The notes beneath the pieces were generated by a model. That model did not search any database. It saw only the letters and a list, made by a program, of their open reading frames with translations, and was not told where the DNA came from. Positions 11,497-21,036 of a stretch of 40,000 nucleotides of DNA are shown here, piece after piece. Every line of letters starts with the position of its first letter. The first letter of the stretch is position 1. The DNA comes from Mixta calida (GTDB taxonomy: Bacteria; Pseudomonadota; Gammaproteobacteria; Enterobacterales; Enterobacteriaceae). The position numbers and the translations under genes are program-made. Location: contig NZ_CP026378.1 in assembly GCF_002953215.1 (NCBI RefSeq), forward strand, positions 624,540-664,539, written 5' to 3'.

Positions 11497-12780
11497 TTAG
11501 CCCGCGCTGAGCCATTGCCACAGCGCGGGCAGCTGCGTTATTCCCCACAGCAGCAGTCCGATACAGCCTCCCACCAGCGTGCCGTTAATCCGTATAAACT
11601 GTAAATCTTTACCGATATTCAGCTCGATCTGCTGCGACATCTCGCGTGCGTCCCAGCTTTTCACCGTGTCGCTGATATGTCGGGTAAGAAAGGCGGCGAA
11701 CTCCGGCGCCACCGTCTGCGCCGCCTGTTCCATATGCTGATTCAGCGATGCGCGCAGCGCGCCGTCAGTTACCAGCGTTTCGCCCAGCCACAGGCCCGCT
11801 TCGGTAACACGCTGGCCGATGCGTGAATCTTCTGCGTTCAGATCGGCCTTCAGCCAGCTTCGCAGGTCGCCCCACAGCTCGCCGATATAGCGGTTAAGCG
11901 CCTCGTCTTCTTTCAAATAGCCTTTAATCGTTTCCGCGCGCTCCGCCATATCGGGATCGTTCTTCAGGCGCGTAATCAGTTTTTCCACGGCGCGGTTAAA
12001 GCCCAGACGAAGCTCATGGCCCTGATCCTGGCTGACATCGTCCAGCAGCGAATTTACCGCACTGGAGACCAGCTCGGCGCTGTGCTCGCCCAGCCATTCG
12101 GTCGGCAGCACCCTGGCCTTAATCGGATGTTCGCGTTTCAGCCAGCGCACAATCTGCATGGCGATAAACTCACGCGTGCTCTCCTTATTAAGCAGACGCA
12201 GCAGTTGTTCAATCGCCGCATCGAGCAGCGCCTGATGGCGATTATTTTTGGTCAGGCTTTCCAGCAGCAGGGCGCTGGACTGGGTTAAATCGACCTTATC
12301 GATCGCCTTATGCACCGCGCGGCGGATAAAACCCTGGATGCGCGCGTCGTCGGTAAAGTCGAGAAAGCCGCGCATCAGTTGCAGCAGATGTTGCCCTACC
12401 CGCTGTGCATTGTCCGGGGCGCTCAGCCAGTTACCGATCAGCTGCGCAGGATCGTGACGGCGTATCAGCGCCAGCAGTGACTCGGTGCCTAAAAACTTCT
12501 CCTGAACAAAACGGCCGAGATTTTCGCCGATGCGATCTTTATTGCGGGGAATAATGGCGGTATGGCGGGAAATAAAGGGCACCGGCACACGACGAAACAG
12601 GGCTACGACGGCAAACCAGTCGGCCAGCGCCCCCACCATGGCGGCTTCCGCGATCGCTTTTACGCCGCTGACCCAAAGCCGGGGTGGCAAAAACAGTGTG
12701 GTAATAAAGGTAGCTGCGGCAATCAGCAGCAGTGAAAGCGCCAGGCGCTTAGCTCGCTTGAGTTCGTTTATTTTCTCCAT
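11497..12780 (-). CDS. yjiN: DUF445 family inner-membrane protein (YjiN-like)
   Basis: 427 aa (E. coli YjiN is ~426 aa). N-terminal TM segment plus the [22 protein letters not shown] motif typical of DUF445. Confidence 0.7.
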   Translation of the reverse strand: MEKINELKRAKRLALSLLLIAAATFITTLFLPPRLWVSGVKAIAEAAMVGALADWFAVVALFRRVPVPFISRHTAIIPRNKDRIGENLGRFVQEKFLGTESLLALIRRHDPAQLIGNWLSAPDNAQRVGQHLLQLMRGFLDFTDDARIQGFIRRAVHKAIDKVDLTQSSALLLESLTKNNRHQALLDAAIEQLLRLLNKESTREFIAMQIVRWLKREHPIKARVLPTEWLGEHSAELVSSAVNSLLDDVSQDQGHELRLGFNRAVEKLITRLKNDPDMAERAETIKGYLKEDEALNRYIGELWGDLRSWLKADLNAEDSRIGQRVTEAGLWLGETLVTDGALRASLNQHMEQAAQTVAPEFAAFLTRHISDTVKSWDAREMSQQIELNIGKDLQFIRINGTLVGGCIGLLLWGITQLPALWQWLSAG

Positions 12781-12852
12781 GCTACCAGCATAGCGTAGCG
12801 CGTTAAGAAAATCGTGCGCCTTTCGTCGCGAGCATCGGCTTTGAAATCCGTT

Positions 12853-13335
12853 TCAGCCAAAGGCGATCCACAGCGCAAGTAAGGTAGCCAGCAGAAGCAG
12901 CCACAGCGCCAGCAACAGCCTGGTGCCGCCTTTCTTCCGCTGCGGCGCATTGGTTTTGTCTGTTGCCGTTGCATCCGACACTAACGCTATCAGCGCCTTA
13001 TCTTCGCTTTCTTCTACCCGCGCAGAAAGGGTAATGCCTTTTTTCGGTACGGTAATAATGATGTTTTCATCGATACCGGCGCGCTTTAAAGTTTTTCGTA
13101 AGATAGAGATGTTTTGATAAAGCGTATTAACTGTTACTTCCATCCCATGTTTCCGCCAAACCTCGTTCATAAACTCATCCTGCTTAATAATATCTCCTCT
13201 GCGCTCAATCAGTAATGCCAGACAGCGGCTTGCTGGCTGATTAATTTTCATATCTTTTTCCGGGTAAAATTTACTTGAGGTTAAAGTATGATTTACCGGA
13301 TCGAAGATAACATTATTATTAATGCAGTAGAACAT
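12853..13335 (-). CDS. ToxR/CadC/YqeI-like winged-helix transcriptional regulator with a C-terminal membrane anchor
   Basis: PASRCLALLIERRGDIIKQDEFMNEVW...VTVNTLYQNISILRKTLK...IIITVPKKGITL matches the OmpR/PhoB-type wHTH of E. coli YqeI-like proteins. The TM segment LLLALWLLLLATLLALWIAF sits at the extreme C-terminus. I prefer the start at Met14 (13335; GAGGA 7 nt upstream); the ORF track gives 13374. Confidence 0.65.
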   Translation of the reverse strand: MFYCINNNVIFDPVNHTLTSSKFYPEKDMKINQPASRCLALLIERRGDIIKQDEFMNEVWRKHGMEVTVNTLYQNISILRKTLKRAGIDENIIITVPKKGITLSARVEESEDKALIALVSDATATDKTNAPQRKKGGTRLLLALWLLLLATLLALWIAFG

Positions 13336-13478
13336 GATTAATTCCTCGGAGGTATTATCCATAAGTAACAACATGCAACTGGCGAATAGCGGCTCACGCT
13401 AGCATAACGACATTACCCATTCAAACGCTGCCAGGAAATAGATGTGTTAAAAAAGATACAAGATCTCAATTAGAATGC

Positions 13479-13533
13479 TTTTTGATTTTTTTGATTTTTA
13501 ATTATGTAATGTTTCACTTTTGATTTATTGATT
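13479..13533. promoter_or_regulatory. Cluster of TTTTGAT / TTGAT direct repeats in the regulator-fimbrial intergenic region
   Basis: TTTTGAT occurs at 13480, 13489 and 13518, with TTATTGAT at 13525. Further short direct repeats are nearby (TCACTTTT x3, TGAACTTTTA x2 up to 13640). Very AT-rich 565-bp divergent region. Confidence 0.3.
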
Positions 13534-13900
13534 TTAATCACTTTTAACGACTCCTGAGGCATGGAAATTAAATAATTTATTCTGATGTTATGAACTTTTA
13601 TTTTCTTTTTGTGAACTTTTAATTTTTCACTTTTACTTCCCCGGTTTTGTTGTCATTTTACTTTCGGCAAAGCGATTTTGGCGTGGTTATCAGCTGTCTC
13701 TATTATATAAGCGCCTGTATCTTACATAATCGAGTAATAACCTGACGTAATTATTCTTTGCTTCTGTTGCTCTGTGTAGTTTCCGTGCGATTGCGTCTTA
13801 ACACTTTTTAAAGACGTTTTTTACTGCCCGGGAATAGAGCCGTGTCCTTACCTTTTCAGGACATTGAAATATTAATCTGACACTTTATTAAGGGGTATAT

Positions 13901-14419
13901 ATGAAAGGCTTTAAACTAACTCTGGGTATGGCACTGCTATTTTCCTCCGCTGCGGCGATGGCCTTTGACGGCACCGTTAATTTCAACGGTGAGATCATTG
14001 ATAACACCTGTACCGTGGCGCTGGGAAATGGCAGCAATAGCCTGGTCGTGCCGATGGGCTCTGTTAACAAAAGCAGCTTTACCGGCAGAGGCTCTATCGC
14101 GTCTACCACGCAGTTTGTGCTGACCATGACCGAATGTCCGTCAGTCAATGCGCGCGTGAAATTTGATGGCCAGGCTTATGATGGTGATGATACCGTGCTG
14201 CAGCTGATGGGTGGCCCAGGCGTAGCGACCGGTGTCGGCATTCAGCTCTATGATCAGAATATGGAGGTGCTGCCGCTGTTCACGCCGTCTTCTGTCTATG
14301 CATTGCAAGAGGGTGAGCCTAACGATCTGAAATTCTATGCAAGCTATATCGCTATGTCTAACAGCGTAACGGCTGGTGCGGCGAATTCCGTAGCAAACTT
14401 TACCGTCACCTATAATTAA
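13901..14419 (+). CDS. Type 1-like fimbrial major subunit
   Basis: 172 aa with signal peptide ...SSAAAMA/FDGTVNFNGEIIDNTCTV. It has the Cys pair and a C-terminal ...NFTVTYN beta-strand, typical of FimA-family pilins. Confidence 0.85.
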   Translation: MKGFKLTLGMALLFSSAAAMAFDGTVNFNGEIIDNTCTVALGNGSNSLVVPMGSVNKSSFTGRGSIASTTQFVLTMTECPSVNARVKFDGQAYDGDDTVLQLMGGPGVATGVGIQLYDQNMEVLPLFTPSSVYALQEGEPNDLKFYASYIAMSNSVTAGAANSVANFTVTYN

Positions 14420-14472
14420 TTAACGTGGCAATGGGCCGGTTCGCTGGCCCATTGCTTTTTGAGATTGCGGCA

Positions 14473-15141
14473 ATGAATAAACGGACTTTTTCCTTTCTGT
14501 TGCTTTTTATGCTGCTGAATAATGCCGCGTCGGCAGGCGTTATTGTCGGCGGCACGCGTATTATTTTTAACGGCGCGGTAAAAGAGAACACGCTTAGCGT
14601 CACAAATCCCGATGAATCGCCATGGCTGATTCAGTCCTGGGTTGAAAGCGATGGCAAAAGCAAAGCGCCTTTTATTTTCTCGCCGCCGCTTTTCCGTCTT
14701 GATGCCAGGCAGAAAAATATATTGCGCATTATTCACACCGGCGGCGATTTACCCACGGATCGGGAGAGCCTTTTTTGGGCGAATATTAAATCTATTCCCA
14801 CCGCGCCCGATGTGGATAACGCACTGCAAATCGCTATTAAAACCCAGATTAAACTGATCTATCGCCCGGCGAGCCTGAAAAACGGCTTTTTACCGGAGCA
14901 GATGAAAAAGCTGCAATGGCGCTGGCAACAGGGGAAGCTTCAGGTTACTAACCCCACGCCTTTTTATATGAACTTTCAATCAATTGAAATTAATGGCAAA
15001 GCGGTTTCTGAACCGCAATGGGTTGCGCCGTTTGCCGAGAAGCAATATTTACTTCCCCAGCTCGCTGCGACCGGCACGGTGCGGTGGCGCCTGATTAATG
15101 ATTATGGCGCGCTGACTGAGACATTTCAGGCCAGCTATTAA
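14473..15141 (+). CDS. Fimbrial periplasmic chaperone (PapD-like)
   Basis: From Met17 of the ORF (MNKRTFSFLLLFMLLNNAASAGV...). GGTRIIFNG...SVTNPDESPWLIQSWVE and LFWANIKSIP are classical chaperone motifs. Confidence 0.85.
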   Translation: MNKRTFSFLLLFMLLNNAASAGVIVGGTRIIFNGAVKENTLSVTNPDESPWLIQSWVESDGKSKAPFIFSPPLFRLDARQKNILRIIHTGGDLPTDRESLFWANIKSIPTAPDVDNALQIAIKTQIKLIYRPASLKNGFLPEQMKKLQWRWQQGKLQVTNPTPFYMNFQSIEINGKAVSEPQWVAPFAEKQYLLPQLAATGTVRWRLINDYGALTETFQASY

Positions 15142-15190
15142 TTTATCTCTTAATAATAAAAACAGTAACGCTATTCGGAAAGGACAACAT

Positions 15191-17692
15191 ATGGCGGGCG
15201 CATGGATACGCCTTTTATTATTACTAACGATAACTTTCGCCATTATACAGCCCGCGATAAGCGATAGCAGTTTGCATTTTAATCCGGCGCTGCTGGAACA
15301 GCAGGGTGCTGAAAACGGCGCGGTGGACCTCTCCGCCTTTGAAAATATGCCGCAGCCGCCCGGCGTCTATCGGGTAGAAGTGGTGTTGAACAATGATATC
15401 CAGGAGACGCGCGACGTCGCTTTCTCTCTGCGTGATGGTCAGCTACAGCCCTGTTTGAGCGTGGAGACGCTGGCGCGCTACGGCATTAACGTGGCGCGTT
15501 ACCCGAAGCTGCAACAGGAAGAAGGCTGCGCCGATCTGAAGCAGATCGACGATGCCAGCGCGCGACTGGATGTTAGCGCGCAGCGGCTGCTGTTGAGCGT
15601 TCCGCAGGCGGCGCTAAGCAACGTTGCACGCGACGCGGTGCCGCCGACGCGCTGGGATAACGGCATCAACGCGCTGATGCTGAACTATCGCTTTAGCGGA
15701 GCGCAGAGCCAGGCACTGGAGGCGCATCGCAGCGGCAGCGATAGTCAGTTCCTGAGCCTGCGTCCCGGCGTCAACGTCGGTCCGTGGCGGCTGCGCAACT
15801 ACAGTACCTGGTCGCGCAGCCAGGACGGCACAACAAGCTGGGATCACCTTTACACCTGGCTGCAACGGGAGATTGTGCCGCTGCGTGCGCAGCTGACGCT
15901 TGGTGAGAGCAGCGCGCCTGGCGATATCTTTGACAGTATCCCTTTTCGCGGCCTGCAGCTCGCCTCGGATGAAGATATGCTGCCCGACAGCCTGAAGGGG
16001 TATGCGCCGGTTGTGCGCGGCATCGCCCGCAGCCATGCGCAGGTTAACGTCTGGCAGAACGGCCATGTTATCTATCAGACCTACGTCGCGCCTGGCGCTT
16101 TTGAAATCACGGATATCTATCCTACCGGCGGCAGCGGCGATCTTTATGTCACTATCAAAGAGGCGGACGGCAGCGAACAGCGGCTGGTCGTGCCCTTCGC
16201 CTCGGTGCCGGTGCTACAACGCGAAGGCCATCTTAAATACAGCCTGACCGGCGGTGAGTATCGCGGCTATGGCCATAACGCGGACGGCAAACGTTTTTTG
16301 CAGGGAACCGCGATTTATGGCCTGCCGCAGGCGTTTACGCTCTACGGCGGGCTACAGCAGGCGGAGAACTACCGCTCGCTGGCGGCGGGCGTCGGGAAAA
16401 ACTTCGGTTATCTGGGGGCGCTATCGCTGGATGTTACGCTGGCGCGCGCCAAACCGACGCATCAGGATTATGAGCAGGGGCACGCCTGGCGCATGCGCTA
16501 TGGCAAAAATTTTGTCGAGACCGGCACCAGCGTGGCGCTGGCAGGCTACCGCTATGCGACGGAAGGCTTTTACAGCCTGAGCGAGATGCTGGATCGCGAC
16601 GGCGACAGTCAGCGCTGGCCGTGGGATCGACGACGGCAGCGGGCCGAGATGACGCTCAATCAGAACTTATGGACAGGCGCCGGCGCGTTGACGCTGAGCG
16701 CCATCAATGAAGATTACTGGGACAGCGCTCGCCATGTGCGTTCGCTGAGCGTTGGCTACAACAACAGCTGGCGCAGCATTAGCCTCAGTCTGAACTACAG
16801 CTATAACCGCAACGTGCTGCGACAGGATGCGGGCGATACCATTGCGCAGGAAGATAAGGTGCTGGCGCTTTCGCTCAGCGTGCCGCTCGGCCGTGAAAGC
16901 GGGCGGACCTGGGCAAACTATCAGTTGAACAGCACTCGCCACGGCGGCGACAGCCAATCGCTGGGGCTGAGCGGCATGGCGCTGGCGGATAACAACCTGA
17001 GCTGGAGCGTGCGGCAGGGTTATGCCACGCGCAACGAAGGCAGCAGCGGCAGCGCAGAGCTGGACTATCGCGGCGGCTACGGCGAGGTGGATGCGGGCTA
17101 CGCCTGGGATCGCCACAGCCGACGCCTCAGCTATGGCCTCAGCGGCGCGCTGATGGCGCACCGGGACGGCATTACCCTCAGCCAGCCGCTGGGCGAGACG
17201 GCTGCACTGATAAAAGCGCCAGGTATCGCCGGCGCGTCGGTCGCCAACCAGACCGGCGTCCGCACCGACTTTCGTGGCTATACCCTGGTGCCCTATGTCA
17301 GGCCATTTCGGGTGAATGAGCTGTCGCTTGATCCGCTGTCGCTGGCGGATAACGTGGAGCTGGATCAGACCAGCGCCCAGGTCATTCCTACGCGCGGCGC
17401 CGTGGTGCGCGCTGATTTTAGCGGTCGTACCGGCCAGCGCGCCCTGATCAGGCTGACGCGCAGCAATGGCCAGCCGGTTCCCTTCGGCGCCACGGTCAGG
17501 CTGGCGGATGAGAACGCCGACTACAGCAGCATTGTCGGCAATGAAGGTGAAGTCTGGCTCAGCGGCCTGGGCCCACAGGGCACGCTGCTGGTGAGCTGGG
17601 GCAAAAACGCCGACAACCAGTGTCGCGCCAGCTTTGTCCTGCCGGAAGGAAAAAGTCAGCCAGTGAGCCAGCTTCAGGCGACCTGCCGTTAA
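15191..17692 (+). CDS. Fimbrial outer-membrane usher
   Basis: 833 aa. N-terminal FNPALLEQQG...VDLSAFE, central YRVEVVLNN and RGIARSHAQV... motifs of the PapC/FimD family. Confidence 0.9.
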   Translation: MAGAWIRLLLLLTITFAIIQPAISDSSLHFNPALLEQQGAENGAVDLSAFENMPQPPGVYRVEVVLNNDIQETRDVAFSLRDGQLQPCLSVETLARYGINVARYPKLQQEEGCADLKQIDDASARLDVSAQRLLLSVPQAALSNVARDAVPPTRWDNGINALMLNYRFSGAQSQALEAHRSGSDSQFLSLRPGVNVGPWRLRNYSTWSRSQDGTTSWDHLYTWLQREIVPLRAQLTLGESSAPGDIFDSIPFRGLQLASDEDMLPDSLKGYAPVVRGIARSHAQVNVWQNGHVIYQTYVAPGAFEITDIYPTGGSGDLYVTIKEADGSEQRLVVPFASVPVLQREGHLKYSLTGGEYRGYGHNADGKRFLQGTAIYGLPQAFTLYGGLQQAENYRSLAAGVGKNFGYLGALSLDVTLARAKPTHQDYEQGHAWRMRYGKNFVETGTSVALAGYRYATEGFYSLSEMLDRDGDSQRWPWDRRRQRAEMTLNQNLWTGAGALTLSAINEDYWDSARHVRSLSVGYNNSWRSISLSLNYSYNRNVLRQDAGDTIAQEDKVLALSLSVPLGRESGRTWANYQLNSTRHGGDSQSLGLSGMALADNNLSWSVRQGYATRNEGSSGSAELDYRGGYGEVDAGYAWDRHSRRLSYGLSGALMAHRDGITLSQPLGETAALIKAPGIAGASVANQTGVRTDFRGYTLVPYVRPFRVNELSLDPLSLADNVELDQTSAQVIPTRGAVVRADFSGRTGQRALIRLTRSNGQPVPFGATVRLADENADYSSIVGNEGEVWLSGLGPQGTLLVSWGKNADNQCRASFVLPEGKSQPVSQLQATCR

Positions 17693-17712
17693 ACGCACCA
17701 TAAGGAATGGAT

Positions 17713-18660
17713 ATGAAGAAGTTAACAGGAGCGGCGGGCGGGATGATGTTGGTAGCCATGCTGCCCGCCAGCGGCTGGGCCGCAGGCTGCGATATCGATG
17801 CGACCAGAACGCAGCGCGTCACGCTGCCGGATCTGCTGATCGATCCTAACCTGCCGCCGGGCAGCGTCATCGGCAGTAAAATCGTCAGCCTGGCGGGCGC
17901 GGCCGCGCAGCGCTGCTCCGGCAGCATTTCCTATCAGTCGATGATGACCGGCAGCTGGAGCCGACCGAGCGGCGTGTTGCCCGATGTTTATGAGACCGGC
18001 GTGCCGGGCGTGGGAGTAAAGATCTCTGATTATCTGTTCAGCGATCGGTCTGTTCCGGTTTCGGAGACGCTGACGCCCAACCCGAACGCGCCGCTGCCCG
18101 GTTTTGATATTCAACTGCTGTTTTACCGCATCGGCGACATCACGCCGGGCAGCTTCCCCGGCGGCGAAGTGGCGCGCTTTACGCTGCCCGACAGCAGCGG
18201 CAACGCCGCCGTCGCGCTTAGCTTACAGGCGGCCTCCGGCAGCGTGCGCATGAAAAGCTGTTATGCCAAATCTCCGAACCTGATTGTGCAGCTCGGCAGC
18301 GTTAACCGCCGCACCTTTGTCGGCATGGGCAGCACCGTGACGCCGACCGCTTTTAACGTGGAGCTGATTTGTCAGGGCGACCTGCCGGTCAATGTTTCTT
18401 TCTCGACAGCCAGCGGCGCGTCGTCGCCGGAGCCGGGCATCGTGCCGATTGAGAACGGAGAAGGATCTGCCAGCGGCGTGGCGGTAAAGGTTATGCATCG
18501 CGACGGATCGCCGCTGCGGTTTGATACGCCGCAGCCTTATCACCTTAATGGCGAACCGGAGATCAAGATTCCGCTGCTGGCGACCATGACGCCAGTCGGC
18601 AACCGTATCACGCCCGGCAAGGTACGCGCGACGATGACCTTTACCATTACGCAGAACTAG
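17713..18660 (+). CDS. Fimbrial tip adhesin / minor subunit (two-domain)
   Basis: Signal peptide MKKLTGAAGGMMLVAMLPASGWA. About 315 aa, consistent with lectin plus pilin domains. The C-terminal ...ATMTFTITQN strand is pilin-like. I prefer the start at 17713 (AGGA 7 nt upstream) over the ORF-track 17707. Confidence 0.7.
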   Translation: MKKLTGAAGGMMLVAMLPASGWAAGCDIDATRTQRVTLPDLLIDPNLPPGSVIGSKIVSLAGAAAQRCSGSISYQSMMTGSWSRPSGVLPDVYETGVPGVGVKISDYLFSDRSVPVSETLTPNPNAPLPGFDIQLLFYRIGDITPGSFPGGEVARFTLPDSSGNAAVALSLQAASGSVRMKSCYAKSPNLIVQLGSVNRRTFVGMGSTVTPTAFNVELICQGDLPVNVSFSTASGASSPEPGIVPIENGEGSASGVAVKVMHRDGSPLRFDTPQPYHLNGEPEIKIPLLATMTPVGNRITPGKVRATMTFTITQN

Positions 18661-18731
18661 AGGAAAAGGGAATGTCATGATGGAGACGCTCTGCGCCCGC
18701 AGAGAGCAGGGCGCAGAGCGGGAGGCGAGTA

Positions 18732-19253
18732 TCAGGAGATAAAGTTTTTACCCTGTTTCAACACCACATCACAGGCTTTGGTTTTCACCTTCTCACCGAG
18801 CGGGGTGTTGCTCAGGCTTTTCAGGTTTAGCTGCTGGCCGTTGCCAGTGTTCAACAGCCCCATCAGACCCTGTTGATAGTCAGGCTGCTGCGCCTGCGCG
18901 GTGCTGTTTTGCAGGCCGAGCTTGCTCAGCACCTGATCCTTGATGCTGGCGACATTGTTATCCACCACGTTATGCTTCACGCAGTATTCCATGATGCCGG
19001 CGGCGTTAGTCATGCTGTTGCTGCTTACCGCCTTATCGCCGCCGTTCAGCAGGCCGGCAAGGGAGGAGAGCGACAGGCCGTTCTGCGCATTTGCGCCGTT
19101 CTGAGTGTTGCTGGTGGTATTACTGTTTTGCTGGCTCAGCTGCGACGCCGCGCTGCTGAGCTGATCCTGCCAGCTTGCCGCCAGCGCCGTTCCCGCCACC
19201 ATAAAAGAGAGCATACCTGTCGTCAGCGTCACCCGCTGTAAGAGCCTTTTCAT
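18732..19253 (-). CDS. Secreted DUF2501-like protein (YjjA-like)
   Basis: From Met35 of the ORF: MKRLLQRVTLTTGMLSFMVAGTALA signal peptide, a Ser/Asn/Gln-rich linker and a conserved C-terminus (EYCVKHNVV...DYQQGLMGLLNTG...KTKACDVVLKQGK). Family recalled from memory. Confidence 0.55.
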   Translation of the reverse strand: MKRLLQRVTLTTGMLSFMVAGTALAASWQDQLSSAASQLSQQNSNTTSNTQNGANAQNGLSLSSLAGLLNGGDKAVSSNSMTNAAGIMEYCVKHNVVDNNVASIKDQVLSKLGLQNSTAQAQQPDYQQGLMGLLNTGNGQQLNLKSLSNTPLGEKVKTKACDVVLKQGKNFIS

Positions 19254-19440
19254 TTTTAACCCCATTTTTATATCCGGCGCGCCAACAACAGCGCGCCCGC
19301 TATCAGCTGGATAGGACTGCCGATGGGGCGGGGAGTTCCGGCTAATGCGCCGCAAAGCGGCGTCAGAGGCGGTGATTGAGAATAGTCTGTATGGTGAGGC
19401 GAAATTTTCGGCACTTAGCGCACACGACGGACAATTGAGG

Positions 19441-19468
19441 TTGCGCAGGTGGCCGGTAAGGGTATAAT
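19441..19468 (+). promoter_or_regulatory. Sigma70-type promoter of leuX
   Basis: TTGCGC (19441-19446), a 16-nt spacer, then a perfect TATAAT (19463-19468), ~28 nt upstream of the mature tRNA 5' end. Confidence 0.6.
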
Positions 19469-19496
19469 CCTCAACGTTTTCCGCATACCCTTCAGT

Positions 19497-19581
19497 GCCG
19501 AAGTGGCGAAATCGGTAGACGCAGTTGATTCAAAATCAACCGTAGAAATACGTGCCGGTTCGAGTCCGGCCTTCGGCACCA
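19497..19581 (+). tRNA. leuX: tRNA-Leu (anticodon CAA)
   Basis: 85 nt: GCCGAAGTGGCGAAATCGGTAGACGCAGTTGATTCAAAATCAACCGTAGAAATACGTGCCGGTTCGAGTCCGGCCTTCGGCACCA. Class II cloverleaf with a long variable arm, anticodon loop TTCAAAA and encoded CCA. Appears identical to E. coli leuX as I recall it. Confidence 0.97.
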
Positions 19582-19745
19582 AGACCTCTTCCAAGACCAT
19601 CCGAGAAAGTCCATCAAACCCTTTAAAATCAAGGCGTACAGCGGTTTTTGTATCCGGTGTTGTCCGAGTCCGTCCGTTGAAATCCAAGGGGCACTGGGGG
19701 CATAATTGGGGGCATCTTAACTTCGATTAGAAATGTGCCCCCAAA

Positions 19746-21014
19746 ATGAAGCTCAACGCCAGACAGGTAGAGACCGCAAAGCCTAAAGACAAAACCTACA
19801 AAATGGCCGATGGTGGCGGTTTGTATCTTGAGGTTTCGGCTAAGGGTTCTAAATACTGGCGCATGAAATACAGGCGCCCCTCTGACAAAAAAGAGGATCG
19901 CCTTGCTTTTGGTGTTTGGCCTACTGTTACGCTTGCTCAGGCTAGAACAAAGCGCGATGAAGCTAAAAAGCTGTTAGTGCAGGGCATAGACCCAAAAGCC
20001 GAACAGAAAGAAGCTCAGGCCGAGAATTCAGGGGCATATACTTTCGAAACCATTGCTCGTGAATGGCATGCCAGTAACAAGCGCTGGAGTGAAGACCACC
20101 GATCACGCGTCTTACGCTATCTTGAGCTTTATATCTTCCCTTATATCGGTTCATCCGACATTCGCCAGCTTAAAACTAGTCACCTGTTAGCCCCGATTAA
20201 AAAAGTTGATGCCAGTGGAAAGCATGACGTCGCTCAGCGCTTGCAACAGCGCGTCACGGCCATTATGCGTTATGCCGTACAGAACGATTACATCGACTCA
20301 AATCCAGCCAGTGATATGGCCGGTGCTCTATCGACAACCAAAGCGCGACATTACCCTGCTTTACCCTCAAGCCGATTCCCTGAGTTTCTTGCTCGTCTTG
20401 CTGCATATCGTGGCCGTGTAATGACGCGGATCGCGGTCGAGCTTTCATTACTCACTTTTGTGCGTTCCAGTGAGTTACGTTTCGCGCGTTGGGATGAGTT
20501 CGACTTCGATAAATCTCTCTGGCGTGTACCTGCAAAACGAGAAGAAATTAAGGGCGTGCGTTATTCGTACCGTGGCATGAAGATGAAAGAGGAGCATATT
20601 GTTCCACTTAGTCGACAAGCGGTGATTTTGTTAGAGCAGTTAAAGCAGATTAGCGGTGATAAGGAGCTGCTGTTTCCGGGGGATCACGACGCAACTAAGG
20701 TTATGAGTGAAAACACCGTAAATAGCGCACTACGTGCGATGGGATATGACACGAAAACTGAGGTCTGCGGGCATGGATTTAGGACGATGGCGCGGGGGGC
20801 GCTTGGTGAATCAGGATTATGGAGTGATGATGCGATAGAGCGCCAGTTGAGCCATTCAGAGCGTAATAATGTACGTGCAGCTTATATTCATACTTCTGAA
20901 CATCTAGATGAGAGGCGTCTTATGGTTCAATGGTGGGCGGATTATTTAGATATAAGTAAGCATTCTCAAGTCACGCCATATGAGTTTGGAAACACGCTTA
21001 AAGTTAAATATTAA
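19746..21014 (+). CDS. int: P4-family tyrosine integrase
   Basis: 422 aa. N-terminal DUF4102-type arm-binding region (GGGLYLEVSAKGSKYWRMKYR) and catalytic-domain motifs HGFRTMARG and VRAAYIH (the catalytic Tyr). Confidence 0.92.
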   Translation: MKLNARQVETAKPKDKTYKMADGGGLYLEVSAKGSKYWRMKYRRPSDKKEDRLAFGVWPTVTLAQARTKRDEAKKLLVQGIDPKAEQKEAQAENSGAYTFETIAREWHASNKRWSEDHRSRVLRYLELYIFPYIGSSDIRQLKTSHLLAPIKKVDASGKHDVAQRLQQRVTAIMRYAVQNDYIDSNPASDMAGALSTTKARHYPALPSSRFPEFLARLAAYRGRVMTRIAVELSLLTFVRSSELRFARWDEFDFDKSLWRVPAKREEIKGVRYSYRGMKMKEEHIVPLSRQAVILLEQLKQISGDKELLFPGDHDATKVMSENTVNSALRAMGYDTKTEVCGHGFRTMARGALGESGLWSDDAIERQLSHSERNNVRAAYIHTSEHLDERRLMVQWWADYLDISKHSQVTPYEFGNTLKVKY

Positions 21015-21036
21015 GAAATGCCGGTCAAAAGCTAAC

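Noticed and set aside
12768-12974. 68-aa minus-strand ORF overlapping the 3' end of the regulator gene, and 12923-13117 on the plus strand
   Set aside because: These are alternate-frame overlaps with the wHTH regulator. They have no SD, and their products are Arg/Cys-rich or low-complexity.
13440-13900. Possible fimS-like invertible phase-variation switch upstream of the fimbrial operon
   Set aside because: I could not find flanking inverted repeats of 9 bp or more by eye, and no FimB/FimE-type recombinase is adjacent. The repeats present are direct, which fits regulator binding sites better.
16667-17701. 344-aa minus-strand ORF inside the usher gene, with the similar 15614-16066 and the overlapping alternate-frame plus-strand ORFs 16002-16580
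   Set aside because: These are antisense or alternate-frame shadow ORFs of a GC-rich gene, with low-complexity Ala/Arg/Gln products.
19415-19730. Two ORFs (90 and 93 aa) overlapping the tRNA-Leu gene
   Set aside because: They run through a canonical tRNA and the att region. One starts at a GTG inside the promoter. There is no coding signal.
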